Below are positions 1 to 10,966 of a stretch of DNA of 64,000 bases, in pieces. The translations under genes were made by a program, and so were the position numbers. Source of the stretch: Balanoglossus misakiensis (taxonomy: Eukaryota > Animalia > Hemichordata); assembly GCA_040954595.2 (NCBI GenBank), contig CM082593.2:8034043-8098042 (forward strand), in the 5' to 3' direction. Under the pieces are notes generated by a model that ran no database searches, was not told the DNA's origin, and saw only the letters and a list, made by a program, of their open reading frames with translations. Each line of letters opens with the position of its first letter. The stretch's first letter is position 1.

Positions 1-402
1 TGATCTTACAACGAGAATGCAAAGTTTTTTGCCATTATTTCTACAGAAAAAATACATAGCTTTTTCAATGTTTCTATCATTAGCTCACAGGTTTAGTATA
101 AACTGCTGTTTTCAAAGGAAATTTGCATTATTGAACACCAAAAGTGCTAAAATGAGATAAAATCAACGAAGGTACTGACACTAGAAAATAATAATTGATT
201 CTGAACAGTATTCTAGTTTCTACACAGATAACTGTGAGCACTCTGTTCTTCATTAATGAAGTGACAAAGACATAGGCTGTGAAAGGTAAAAAATGCTCAC
301 GACTTTGCCCATATAAAGTCAATAATATATCTCTTTTTTCGACCACACCAGAGATGGTTATGAATACAGTATAACAATTAAATTCATATTTTGGTAGTTG
401 CC

Positions 403-630
403 TAGACTAGCCCACTAGTCGCTTGGTGATTTTTATATCTCAATACTTTTTGTGTTTTCGGTGTGTTTTTTGTCTTAATAAATAATTGCAATACTTTTTG
501 TGTGCATGCTTGCCTTGAGCATGTTTTTGGCAGTGAGGTGAGTTTCGAATTTGCGACTGAGCTTGTGGTTTCGGGTAGCGCCTACGCGTTCCCTACACAT
601 AATGAAGCCCGTAGACTTGGAGCAAGTCTA
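403..630. mobile_element. Non-autonomous DNA transposon with TAG...CTA termini and 9-bp TSD
   Basis: gtagttgcc direct repeat at 394-402 and 631-639; ends tagactagc / gcaagtcta. Confidence 0.6.
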
Positions 631-643
631 GTAGTTGCCCTAC

Positions 644-789
644 CTCTCCCTTTATAATAGCTCTCCACAATTCTCTCCTTGTTGACACTACACGTATTTT
701 ATCCCTGGTGAAGTCAATACCAGAGCCTTTCAAGTTTTCATTTCTCTTCAACCCTCTGAACGCGTAGTGGGCAAATACATTGATTACAC
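644..789 (-). CDS. Gene A exon 8
   Basis: GVINVFAHYAFRGLKRNENLKGSGIDFTRDKIRVVSTRRELWRAIIKGE; phase-0 donor after KGE, as in gene B exon 7. Confidence 0.85.
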
Positions 790-3700
790 CTGTGAAAAAA
801 GTAGCAAGAAATTATCACAAAGTTCATAATTTTTTTGTTAACACAGTGTCCATCTTGGCTCATGACACAGATGGCAAAATGACAATGGACCCTGATGTAC
901 AAATGCATATCGTATTGTATTTGGGTGAGATTCAATATGGCCACTAATTAACAGCCATTTTGTTGCATTTTTTTCGTGTCTAGATCAGTGCATTACTTGG
1001 TCTTGCGTGAACTGATATGATCCAATATGGCTTCCACTTGACCCAGCCGCCCCCCCCCCCCTTTTCCAGTTCCCAGTGAAGGGTCAAATCTCATGTTTGA
1101 ACACATGAATTCATATTCCCCATCGCATAAAAAAACCTAAAATAATGTCATTACCAACAGCTAAATGATTTCAATCATAAAGGAATACAGACCTATAGGT
1201 TTTTGAGCAGAAGACAGATCAAATTCATCAAAGCCCTCTGGGTTGTCTTCCTTGACGTAGAATGCACCCAGGTTAGTTTGATCTCTGAGATAAGGTTTCG
1301 TGAATCCGACCATTCTTTCACGTGCAGGAGTCTTTGCCCATGCAATGCAGGCATCATAATTACGAGCCAGAAGACCTGATGGTCGGTTTAAAATGTTGAA
1401 GTTACAACATTGCAATTGAAAAATGGAAACAGCAAGCATTATTGTCCTGAGTTGTATATTAGTATTGATGACCAGAATTCAATCAATATGAATACCGAAT
1501 ACCGTATAATATACCCAGTATTGTAATACAAGTACCTATGCCTGTGTTTTTGTGTGTAATCTCAAAAGTTCAAGGGCATGATCTGTGGATAGTGCAAACT
1601 GCCTTGTCCAACTATGACTTTGGCAAAGGAGGTAGCCACAATCGAATCCAAAATTGCTTGGTGAAAGAGTATATCGTGGCATGGCGTGCATATAGCTTCA
1701 GCATGACTATTCAGCACTAACCTGTGCCCGGCCTAGGACCACTTCCATCACCAGTTTTGTAACACCGATTTGAGTCATCATATATTATAGAGCATTTCCT
1801 GCCAGCTTCCTCGCATACTGTATAGGGGAGATCACAAAACTTGACCAGTTTATTCCCGTGGCACACCATTCCCGAGACTATAGCCTAGTGTACCTTACAA
1901 ATGTCCTATATATCAAGAGGCTGTTGTTGACGAAGTCAAGAATGATTGACAAAGACCGCGATCTTGTGAACAAAATGTGGGGCGTGCTTTAGGTCTCGTG
2001 ACACGAGCCACAAACAACAGAAAGAATGTTTTGGGATTTTGGTGAAATATCACTGATATGGTTACTATTAACAGAGTTATGACTGTTGGCATAATAAACA
2101 TGGCATGCATTTTTGCTTTGTTCACAGAAGGGCCATGCGTTGAAACTCTACCTACTGCGTATTTAACCATTGGCAGAGGCATAATTATATGATGCCAGTA
2201 TGAATAATTTATTAAACAAAAACCTGCAAGGTTCACAAGTCCATGGGCCTACAGGATTACACGACTTAAGTGTCCATATTCCACTCACAGTATAGAAACT
2301 CAGAACAACATTATTTAAATATGCTAATTTTCAACTGAGAGGTCTTATATCCGCAACCAAATACCCTCGCTAGCCGTTTATAACCTCTAAAAATTAACCC
2401 CATGGACTTGGTATCTAACAATTGCCTTATTTTCAAACACACTACTAAAGATTGCTTTTCCTGTATGCAAGCAGACTTACCTGCATTCACTAAACTCTTG
2501 TGGAATGATCCTTGGTCTTCATACTTCTCCTTCAGCTCATATCTGTGTGAATCAAAATGACTGAGTGTAAGTGGACAACCTCTTGTTAAAGGGACAAAGT
2601 CTCTCTCTCTCTCGCTGCCCTTTTTCCATTAATTATGTTTGATACAAGACACTGTTTATGTTAAGGTACATGTGGATATATAGTGAATCAACGTTCAACC
2701 ACATACACCTTCCATCCCGCCTGCAGACACGAGAGTGAAAAAACTCACCAAAATGAATAATCGGTCTCTACTCTATTCATTTTGGGCGAGTTTTTACTCT
2801 CTTATCATAAATATGACTGCATATGCATTTTAACCATATAGATAATAATGTGGTGCCCTACTGAAATATGGCTGCTTCCATGTAAATATTCAAAAGTAAA
2901 TGACGGTGAAAGTATATATTCCTGTCTAGAAAAAAGACCTGGCACTTACTGATTGTTGACATCAACTGTTTTCAAAGCAGAAAGATGGGCTGCAAAGATA
3001 TAGGTCCTGTCATCTCTGCCGACACCAACATTCGATTGGGTTATGTCACCTGAAATACCAATTGGCAAAGCATATTCAATGAATCTGATAGGTGATCTAA
3101 GTTAGATTTGTTCAGACTGTTGCTAATTTGCATATTTGAAATTCGGTGGCCATTTTTTAATGACTAGAGCTTTCTCTTAAACCGCCTGTCAGATTGCCTT
3201 GCAATTTGGTATGCATATACTAATGGTGAAGGAAGTATGACAACTTTTGCTATTTTTGGTCAAAACTCTTTTCTCTGCCTTTTTTTGTTCACGTTGCTTT
3301 CAAATTTGGTGGACATTGCAGGAAGACTTTATTCTGTATTTGCACATAATTTAAATGGAAAACTCAGGAAATTACTACAGCTGCATAAAACGCGAGTGCC
3401 CTTATACAAAGAGACTTAATAGTTTGAGGTTGTTCCAAGTAGTGTTCATGTAGTCATTCAGTAATGATGGTGACGTACAATTTTGTGGTTTGTGTGACGT
3501 GGCTTTTCTTACCTGGGTAAAGATGATAAGTGACACTAACACCACAGTCTTCAGCACCAGGAGCACATATGATCGGCCCGTACTCTTTATTCCTCTGTTC
3601 CATGGTTCTACTGTCCAGTGTTGGCATGAGGCCAGCAGCACCTGGACCCATGTAGACGTGTCTAGTAATGCTCTTACCGCAACTGACCGAACCGTTGTGA

Positions 3701-4360
3701 CACTGGATGCCAGCACCTAATAGAGCAGGCACCATGCCAGGAAAATTCTGAGCTATGCGACGAAGCATAGGAAAACCAGAGTGGATTCCCTTTTCTTTGA
3801 TCCTGTCTATAATCGGAGTGTCAGAATCGCCGGATCGGTCATACAGATTTTGTAAAACTGGAAAGCCGCCATCTCCCTGAAAGATATGACGTGTAATGTT
3901 TAGTCACGCCAAAACTGTGTAGTAGAAAACACGTCTTAAAAATATTTTGCAAAAAATGAGCAGTTTGCATATTTTAGCAACCATGGTTTATTGATCGAAA
4001 GAAGTCATGAAATACAGTTAACGTTTCATTTCTTCAAATGCATGAGTTGTCGACTTTTTACTCACAATAAATTATTACGAATTGCAACAAAGTGGAATAT
4101 AAATGAAGTATGAAGTTTTATGTTGATTTCACTTACTTCAGCTAATGCATCACGGATTTTGGCCAACAACGGACTACCAAACTGGCCGGTCAATTCTACA
4201 CCATTGACTTGGCAAACACCTTACACGAGAGAAGGGAATAACAAAAAAGTTAAACCACACGCATAGATCATTATGGATTGTCTATGATGGTGTCAGATGA
4301 ATAATGAAGAGACTTACCAAGGCTGAACAAAGCGAGCACGGCAACCAAGCGGAAATCCAT
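644..4360 (-). CDS. Gene A: secreted protein with N-terminal Cys motifs and a periplasmic-binding-protein-II-like (SBP family 3-like) domain; 3'-partial, continues beyond the window start
   Basis: Exons with GT/AG and consistent phase: 4360-4318, 4219-4137, 3876-3513, 3049-2950, 2542-2481, 1817-1722, 1375-1193, 789-644. Translation: MDFRLVAVLALFSLGVCQVNG (signal peptide)...IQCHNGSVSCGKSITRHVY...IICAPGAEDCGVSVTYHLY...DRTYIFA...FHKSLVNAVCEEAGRKCSIIYD...GLLARNYDACIAWAKTPARERMVGFTKPY...FYVKEDNPEGFD...IIKGE. Colinear with gene B. The fold call comes from motif recognition, not a search. Confidence 0.85.
1193..1375 (-). CDS. Gene A exon 7
   Basis: GLLARNYDACIAWAKTPARERMVGFTKPYLRDQTNLGAFYVKEDNPEGFDEFDLSSAQKPIG; core of ORF 1161..1439. 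Confidence 0.88.
   Translation of the reverse strand, partial: VFWLVIMMPALHGQRLLHVKEWSDSRNLISEIKLTWVHSTSRKTTQRALMNLICLLLKNL
1722..1817 (-). CDS. Gene A exon 6
   Basis: 96 nt VCEEAGRKCSIIYDDSNRCYKTGDGSGPRPGTG; same size as gene B exon 5. Confidence 0.88.
2481..2542 (-). CDS. Gene A exon 5
   Basis: YELKEKYEDQGSFHKSLVNA, homologous to gene B DFHKGLVEE; phase 2->1. Confidence 0.85.
2586..2808. mobile_element. Fold-back MITE family 1 (TTAA-flanked, Kolobok-like), partial copy
   Basis: ttaaagggacaaagtctctctc... with central tcggtctcta loop; same family at 31364-33311, 45012-45210 and 57345-57587. Confidence 0.75.
2950..3049 (-). CDS. Gene A exon 4
   Basis: tttcag acceptor, DITQSNVGVGRDDRTYIFAAHLSALKTVDVNN, gtaagt donor, phase 1->2. 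Confidence 0.8.
3513..3876 (-). CDS. Gene A exon 3 (two Cys motifs)
   Basis: tctttcag acceptor; open 364 nt overlapping ORF 3454..3768; gtaaga donor. Confidence 0.85.
4137..4219 (-). CDS. Gene A exon 2
   Basis: ag acceptor, GVCQVNGVELTGQFGSPLLAKIRDALAE, gtaagt donor, phase 1->0. Confidence 0.8.
4318..4360 (-). CDS. Gene A exon 1 (signal peptide MDFRLVAVLALFSL)
   Basis: ATG at 4360, 43 nt, G|gtaagt donor; same length and phase as gene B exon 1. Confidence 0.85.
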
Positions 4361-5398
4361 AACTTCTTTCCTAAACAACGACTTTGCTTGGACTGATTTT
4401 TCTAAACCCTGGGAGAATATTTGTGTCACAACTGACCAGGACAGTAGTTAATATTTTGCTGACTTAAACATATTTGTGTAAATCACATATACTCAAGCCT
4501 AGTAGCCAATCAGTGCGTCTTGTACATGCATTTAGTGAGATAATCTATTTATCACAGTCGCTTTAGGTCAGAAGATTTGCAACTATCTCCACCCCCATCG
4601 CCGACGTGCTTTTATCTTATCACGTCGGAAACCGTCTGATGATAATAATATTGATAATCGAATTTGACCTGATAACATGGGGACAACGAACTATTTCCGT
4701 CGACAATTGATCAAAGGTTTGGATGATAATGAGTATCGCACTCATTTATGTAGCTTATATTCAAGATTACACATCACTTATCTTCTATTCACTCACAAGA
4801 ATTAACATCTTCATACATTTTGTATTGTGTCGTCTGTCATCTGCAGATATGCTGAAGACTGAAGTATATTATCGTTAAAATATGTTGAAATTTACAGGCT
4901 CATGGGGGTTTAAATTATGTCTGAAAGTTTCGGTAGATTCTTAATGCACGTTTTCATTAACATTTGAATATCTTTATCACTTCAAATTCATCGAATTATT
5001 TAGTTTTTTCACTATTTTTTTTACAAGTGACAAAGTAGCTCTTTTTGACCTATTTGTGATATCAAGAGTCTTTCTTTACCACAAATCTTGTAAATATCGC
5101 TAATGATTCAGATGTTTGAGGAATGTCTGTTCTCTAATGGTATGGCCTGATGTGATCTTTCAAATATTGACAGAAAAGCACTTTATCAATCACTCTTGAC
5201 GGCTATTTTGATTAGTTATTAATCATTTTGGACAAACTGAACGAGGTAGGTGATGTGAATTTAAATACAATTGGTCTTGTCGAGGTCATGGAGTAGCTCA
5301 CTTGGGTTCTGAAATCGGGTCAATGATGGGAAGCCTGATAATTCAACAGTTCAGATAAATGTTTTTTCACTGGTCATCAACAACCAGACAGGCGAACG
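4361..5398. promoter_or_regulatory. Shared divergent promoter and 5' UTR region of genes A and B
   Basis: 1038 bp between divergent ATGs; CCAAT box (agccaatca ~4504); 13 WGATAA motifs counted on both strands. Confidence 0.6.
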
Positions 5399-5441
5399 AT
5401 GAGGTCCAGTGTCTTGTTACTGCTCGTGGTCGCACTCTACG
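5399..5441 (+). CDS. Gene B exon 1 (signal peptide)
   Basis: ATG AGG TCC... MRSSVLLLLVVALY, 43 nt, G|gtaaga. Confidence 0.85.
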
Positions 5442-8400
5442 GTAAGAATATTTTCTTTACTGTCGCTTGGATAAACCCTATTACGTCCACATGAACACGA
5501 TTGTAATTAAATGATGCAGAGTCAAGCGTTCACTGTGTTGGTGGATATTTTTCATTGTATGATCGGCCAACATGGAAAAATGTATACTAATATTTTTACC
5601 TTACTTCTCATGAGGTTAATCAACTCAGTTTCTAATGTGAACACAGTATCCAACCCGTCTTCATCAGTGATGCGGGGATTTTCTTGGCAGTCCTAAAGGG
5701 TGGTAGAATATAACATAACTCGCTTCTTGATAAATGTTGAGAAATCACACCACCTGATTTCTTTCTGTAATTATGCTGTTATGTAAATTACCAAATGACT
5801 ATGTTTACATATTGAAACAACTAAATTTTGACGTTTTTCTCGTCGTGAAGTTGAATAACATTTCGTCTATACATTTTAACAAAATATCGGCAAACGTGTA
5901 CGAAGTGTATCGTAACATAGACATACCAATTTGGGATGAACAGAATAAACAAAAACTTTAAATAAACAACAAGCACATAAGGTTGAGAAAACTTGACGAG
6001 AAAACCATATCAGTCGCTTCATGCCAATACTTTAGTCCAAAACCAACCCCGCATGAATCAATCGCTCTTTGGATACCATAACCCCCCTGCCGAAAACAAT
6101 ACATTTTGTGAAATATATAAAATTAGCTATGGATGTACACATGAAAACGAGTCCTTGAATTATATTATGTATTTGTGATGTTGCAGACAGTCCTTTAGTA
6201 AAACATAACATAGACGTCTATATTTGCAAATAATTACTCATAATTTGCTGAGGCGGAAGATGCCTCCATAAGAATTTTTGAATACTGGCCATTTTACATA
6301 TCAGGGTAAAATATTATGTTAATGAGATTTCAATGTCTGACGCGAGAACCCCGTCGAATCTGCGAAACGTTCCAAGGGTTCCCCCAGTGTTGCTTATTTT
6401 CGATGGATCGGCAACGATTCGACACAAATTGAAGAACCCTGGCTTAACAAACTGCCCAGATCCTTAGATATACAACTGAGGAGTACGCCATGATCTATAT
6501 TCTAAACTCATACAAACTTCCATCAGACCAGCTATTTGCACCAATGGTAAATTAGACATAAGGTTACAGGCGATAAAGAGACAATGGGTAAATCTCATCA
6601 GACAAATGAAAAAAAAACAGGTCAAATCACCACTAGTACGATACACATCTCTCTCGACGGAAATATGTCTGTAATTACCGGGTGTTTAATCTCAATATGC
6701 AGGTGACCAGACGATAAGATTTTGATATGACCTTAGATTCGCTAAATATGCCATACCTCAGCAGATTAGATAAACAATAAATCATTGGGCTCTAACCAGC
6801 ACTCCGAACTTTTGTAAATTATGAATACCAGTATAAATGCAATGCGGTTAAATAATGTACCTATTCAAATGGACATTAATTGTACAAACAAATGAGGCTA
6901 TTAACAGGTGGGATAAGTCGGGTAGAGCACAGATGTACATATTATATGTACCTTGCGTACAAACGTCAATTGTCACTGATGTGCTGCATCCACAACGAGA
7001 AAAGTGTGTAGTTCAAATAACCTCCGTTTTCTTCAATCTTAACAGGAGTGGAATGCGTTCCTTTTGGGTCATCGGTGAGTATTCTTATTTGCAGTAATTG
7101 GCAAGAACATGTTTTTCGTGGCCATTTTCGTATCAATGGACACGGGCTTTGGTTTCATACCATTTAATATAATTTTGATATACATGTATGAACAGTTAGG
7201 AGCGAGAATGATTGTGATGTGTAGGAGATGTTAAGGAATATAGTGCTCCGCTTTTTCAAAACCATCATGTCGTTGACCCCATAAGAAAGCCAATCTGAAT
7301 ACAATCCTCACCAAATAAAAAAGCGAACTGGTGAACGTGATTGGAAATTTAAATATGATGGCGTGTGCAAATAGAGGGGAGATAATTTCTTCAAGGTAGA
7401 CGGCATGATGGGTTCAAGGTGGACAGCATGAGGGGCTCAAGGTACTTGCTTCTGACATTGACCGACGAAGTTCTCCAGCCAGCATGGTCAAAGGATCGCT
7501 GTTTCTATCACTGTTAGCCTAATCGAGGTGTAGACGTTAATATGCTGATAATATGTATAGAGCCGACGCACTAGGAAAAGCATAATGATGATCATATTCA
7601 TACTTTATACATTTAAGATAAACCTGAACTTGCATTCCAATTGTTGCTTAGGTTGGAATGAATGTACAGATAAAAACGTATGGCTATGCAGTGGACTATG
7701 TATTGTAACAGTGCGTTACTTTGAACACAGTAAATTCAGTGATATAATGTGTTCGATATGTTACTCTCTCGTTTGTTAGTCACCTTTAAATACCTCACTA
7801 CAATGAAGATGTTTGCAACTTTAAACAACTGAGTTATAACTAATGCTTTGTGCTGTATTTCAGGACGATGCCATATTTGATGAGCTCTTTGGGGGGAGTG
7901 GGCGTAGCCGACAGGAACCGCCTGCCTTCGTGCGTGCCGCCCTCGCTTCCCGCCTTGGTGGTGGCTACGGTGGATACGGGCGTGGTTTAGAAGACTTGTT
8001 ACCCACCATGCATTGTGAAGAAGGTACCTACGAGTGCGGACGCAGCATCACCGAACGTGTGCATGTTGGTGACGACCAAAGGCCACAGTTCTTGGGCGGT
8101 CCAGTGAGGGCGTTCATAGATAAAGCTCCCGTCTTCTGTCACCCTGGTTCCAAGGGATGCGGAGTCCACATCAACTATCACATCTACCTCAACCCCAAAC
8201 CACTCGGCGGAGTGTGGGAGAGAAGTCTCGGGGACGCCAAGATTTTCAGAGCAAGGCGAGGACCCCCGATAGTCTGTGCGGATGGAAACTGTGGCGGTAG
8301 ATCTCGGGTGATGGTGCATGGACAGGATGCTGTTGCACTAAAGCCTTCACACATGGAACAGAGCGATGTCTACAGCTTTGCTATCCATGGTGCCAGCATT

Positions 8401-10791
8401 GAAAGCTAGTAAATATACTTTATCATAATTCTAGTATTATTGTGAACAAACATGTTAAGCGAACATGTGTCTTCTTTACCATAGTTTCCACCAATTGCAT
8501 TGTGTGATAACTATAGAAAATGTCTATGTATTTGTTAACTACTCTCCGCAGTGATCCAGAAGAAGGACACGTTGATGTCGATTTCCACAAAGGCCTTGTA
8601 GAAGAAGGTAGTACAATACTTTGTGATCTAGTGTAATATACCATACATCCATTACTCAACAGACGATAGCGTGACATTTACAATTTACAGGAAAGAAAAT
8701 AGATTAACTTGATAAATATTTGAAAAGTTTTGAGGCAGTAATATTGACTAATTTCCTTATGTGAAATGGAAAATATGCAAAAACGCACTAACTGATCTTT
8801 AATGGGACATCGATCTGTTTACGTTTCAGTCTGTAAGGTTGCCGGAAAGAAATGTGTTGGATTCTATGATACAGCTGACCATTGTTTTTCACACGGCACC
8901 GACGCGGGTCCACATGCTGGCATAGGTAAGTTCTTCTGAATTGTGTCTAGGGCCAGGGGTTATGGATTGATGTCCATTAACTCATGCTTTTCTTCGTCCG
9001 GGAACGTATTACCCAGCCATGTATGGAACGATTTCATTCAGACATGATCCAATATGGCCGCCAGGACCGATTTTCGACATGAGCTTATCCCCGATTGTGT
9101 TTGTTCTGTTTTAGAATTATATCATACAGTTGTTGTTGTTGTTGTTGTTGTTTTTCTTTTGACTAGGATTATTGGACGGCTGGTTTGACGGATGTCTGGG
9201 ATGGGCAGATAACCCTTTCCGTCATCTTTCTGTTGACTTCTCTGACCCGTACATCGAGTTGAAGAATACTGATGCGAAATTCTATGTTGCCAGAGAGAAT
9301 CCATTAGGTTTTGATATTTCCAAGCTTGCAGACTATACCATAGGTGAGGACTGTCAGTTCTTTTATCTCCAAGAAAACGTGGCAATGTCAATTAACCACT
9401 GATGTCCATATTAAATACATTCGTGAATTTAGTAATGTTAATCCAGTGTTTCTACTCTAAATTTCCGACACTTGCTATAGTTATCAAATGTGTTCCCATA
9501 TGTTAAACTACATTGAAGAACAGTGTCATTCGTGTCATTGTTTTCAATATAGGAATTTTGACGCCATGGGCGACAGATTACCACTGTTTACGTCATCATC
9601 ACAATGATCTTTTCACGGAGCTAACAAGAGACAGGATTAAATTTGCAACCCATAAAGTAGAATTGCGTCGTATGATCGTCAAAGGAGAGGTAATGTGTCA
9701 ATTAAGGTTCTCATAATACATTTCATAATACATACGTTTATTTATGATTTAGAGGGCATCGTTGTCCCGTGGCTAGTAAACGAACTGATTGTCAGAGGAG
9801 TATGAGTTCGATACTCCAACATTGCCGCATAGAGGCGCCCTTCAGGAAGGCACATTACTTCCCATTGATTGTCCCTAATGAACATTTGCCTGAATGTTGA
9901 CGGGTAGAATATAAAAAATGTAGAAAGGTGTTCGACTGTATCTAGTCTTCATAAACGTGGCATTGGAAACAATGGGCAGGTAATATGCAGTGTCGCTGTT
10001 CCACTTACTTGTCTTATTTTTTGTATTCTGTTGTAGGTTGACGCAGGTTTTGTGAATGGAATCATCATGGACCCTCTGGCTAACGTGGAAGGCATGGGTA
10101 TTGAAGCTATCGACGAGCCATTGCATTGTCCTGCAAATCGATACACGGACAAGACAACGATTCACATGATTACACGTAGAGGCAGTGACGTCATCCCTTG
10201 GTGGAATGATGCGTTCCAGAAGTTCAAAGACAGCGGGAGATACTACAGACTGTGTCGTGACGCAATACGTACCGGTAGGTGAAGTTAGTAATCAATGCCT
10301 GTAGATGACATCATAATATACCCATGCCTGCTAGTATAGGTAACAGCGTGGTATCCATTACTGCATAGGTGGCACAATCATACCATATCCTATGGCGTGC
10401 GTTTACTTCAGCAAGTGTGTAACCCCAAATATTTAATTTCAAAAGTGTAACAAAACACCAACGATATCTGTGTCATATAATAATGATAAATTTACAAACA
10501 CCAGTAATAATAAATGTAAAACATTTCAACTACCATTGTAACAATAATGTATCACGTGCAGCTTGTCATAAAAGTTCTTGTCAAGGCAACATGTTGACGT
10601 ATTTTCCCTTTTAATTTTGGTCATGACAAACGATATTTTGTTGAAAAGACAGGTCACGACTAACCTGTGTATAAACGTTTACAGAAGTGAAACATTTAGG
10701 AGATAAAACAAAATTGACGTTCGCATTGGGCTAAAGCTATTAACGCAAATATATTTTCTTTTCAGGCCAAACCCCCGGATGTTTGGACTAA
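5399..10791 (+). CDS. Gene B: secreted 448-aa protein with three N-terminal Cys motifs and a periplasmic-binding-protein-II-like (SBP family 3-like) domain; paralogue of gene A
   Basis: Exons 5399-5441, 7046-7074, 7864-8408, 8552-8607, 8830-8925, 9167-9343, 9553-9689, 10037-10274, 10766-10791 (1347 nt, in frame, TAA). Translation: MRSSVLLLLVVALYGVECVP...VYSFAIHG...DFHKGLVEEVCKVAGKKC...GLLDGWFDGCLGWADNPFRHLSVDFSDPY...MIVKGEVDAGFV...WNDAFQKFKDSGRYYRLC...PGCLD*. The motifs GEVDA, DFSDPY and N-x-A-x(3-4)-K-x-SG-x-Y match the layout of amino-acid SBP family 3 proteins. Confidence 0.88.
7046..7074 (+). CDS. Gene B exon 2 (29-nt micro-exon GVECVPFGSS)
   Basis: Pyrimidine-rich aacag acceptor and gtgagt donor; supplies the required phase 1->0 bridge. 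Confidence 0.75.
7864..8408 (+). CDS. Gene B exon 3
   Basis: tttcag acceptor, ORF 7843..8409, donor TA|gtaaat; the ORF's TAG is interrupted by splicing to give TAT. Confidence 0.88.
8552..8607 (+). CDS. Gene B exon 4
   Basis: YDPEEGHVDVDFHKGLVEE, phase 2->1. Confidence 0.85.
8830..8925 (+). CDS. Gene B exon 5
   Basis: VCKVAGKKCVGFYDTADHCFSHGTDAGPHAGIG, 96 nt, gtaagt donor. Confidence 0.88.
   Translation, partial: SVRLPERNVLDSMIQLTIVFHTAPTRVHMLA
9167..9343 (+). CDS. Gene B exon 6
   Basis: GLLDGWFDGCLGWADNPFRHLSVDFSDPYIELKNTDAKFYVARENPLGFDISKLADYTIG. Confidence 0.88.
9553..9689 (+). CDS. Gene B exon 7
   Basis: GILTPWATDYHCLRHHHNDLFTELTRDRIKFATHKVELRRMIVKGE, phase 1->0. Confidence 0.88.
9752..9865 (+). 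mobile_element. Degenerate tRNA-derived SINE head in gene B intron 7
   Basis: B-box-like gagttcgatactc followed by gcgcccttcaggaaggcacattac, similar to the conserved ccttgagcaaggcac SINE segment. Confidence 0.45.
10037..10274 (+). CDS. Gene B exon 8
   Basis: VDAGFVNGIIMDPLANVEG...WWNDAFQKFKDSGRYYRLCRDAIRT, G|gtaggt donor. Confidence 0.87.
10766..10791 (+). CDS. Gene B terminal coding exon (GQTPGCLD*)
   Basis: Strong ttttcttttcag acceptor, in-frame TAA 10789-10791, AATAAA about 180 nt downstream. Confidence 0.75.
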
Positions 10792-10966
10792 ATCGGTGTC
10801 AGTAGATGGGCATATTTTCATCGTGCATTTGAATCGAAATCATATGTTTGCTAGTTCTACATTTAAAGATTGAAATGTAATTTGTCGAGTTTTAAAGTAA
10901 TTTTTGATGTACTAAATGTCGAAATCAATTATAGGAAAATGCATGCATTCAGCAACTAATTTTTAC

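Noticed and set aside
8407-8409. TAG stop suggesting gene B ends early or is a pseudogene
   Set aside because: TA|GTAAAT is a phase-2 donor matching the paralogue's phase-2 intron; splicing gives TAT
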